From Pristiophorus japonicus (Eukaryota): a stretch of DNA of 64,000 nt. Below are positions 63,708 to 64,000 of this stretch, piece after piece; the first letter of the stretch is position 1; every line of letters starts with the position of its first letter. Where the stretch lies: NCBI RefSeq assembly GCF_044704955.1, contig NC_092010.1, positions 2,232,001 to 2,296,000 of the forward strand. Reading direction: 5' to 3'. The notes below the pieces were generated by a model. The model saw nothing but the letters and a program-made list of their open reading frames with translations, was not told where the DNA came from and did no database searches. A program made the translations under genes and the position numbers.

Positions 63708-64000
63708 GGCTCGAGCGGCTGAATGACCTCCTCCTCTTCCAATGTTACAGACTCGAGGGGCTGAATGGCCAGCTCCTGTTCCTGTCCAACAGGCTCCAGG
63801 GGCTTCATGGGCCTCCTCCTGTTCCTGTGTAACAGGCTCCAGGGGCTGAATGTGCCTCCTCCTGTTCCTATGTAACTGACTCGAGGATCTCAATGGGCCT
63901 TCTCCTGCACCTATGTAACAGGCTAAAACTGCTGAATGAAGTACTCCTGTTCCATTCCTGCGAGATGCGCTCTGTCCCTGTGACCCTGTCATCACTGTGA

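Larger units (their letters stand above)
55125..64000. repeat. Tandem segmental duplication unit 3 (partial; runs off the window)
   Basis: Colinear with 1-8875. Confidence 0.93.

Noticed and set aside
1-64000. Tandem units as an assembly artefact
   Set aside because: Units differ by several percent and by private insertions, deletions and an inversion, more than expected from duplicated reads or alleles

Overview
Eukaryotic, repeat-dense vertebrate DNA, most likely from a cartilaginous fish (inferred from the Deu-domain SINEs, the CR1 LINE families and the receptor family). The window is a tandem array of large duplicated units (periods 31,681 and 23,443 bp, measured between equivalent ATGs at 199, 31880 and 55323). 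Each unit carries a minus-strand, two-exon class A orphan GPCR of the GPR139/GPR142-like type. The 70-nt first coding exon is missing from the ORF track. Splicing it to the large exon gives two intact receptors: gene A (31880-31811 + 24630-23678, 340 aa) and gene B (55323-55254 + 47682-46736, 338 aa). Exon 1 of a third paralog lies at 199-130. A and B differ mainly in ECL2/TM5 and ECL3. Each unit also has a decayed Gypsy-in-Gypsy insertion upstream of the gene, plus CR1, SINE and RTE-derived repeats. Unit 1 alone carries a decayed epsilon-like endogenous retrovirus (about 10607-23470, minus strand, tRNA-Gln PBS, gamma-type env) inserted about 207 bp behind the stop codon of gene A. That provirus is itself interrupted by a Gypsy element and CR1 copies. 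All identities were judged by eye; no database search or alignment program was run.
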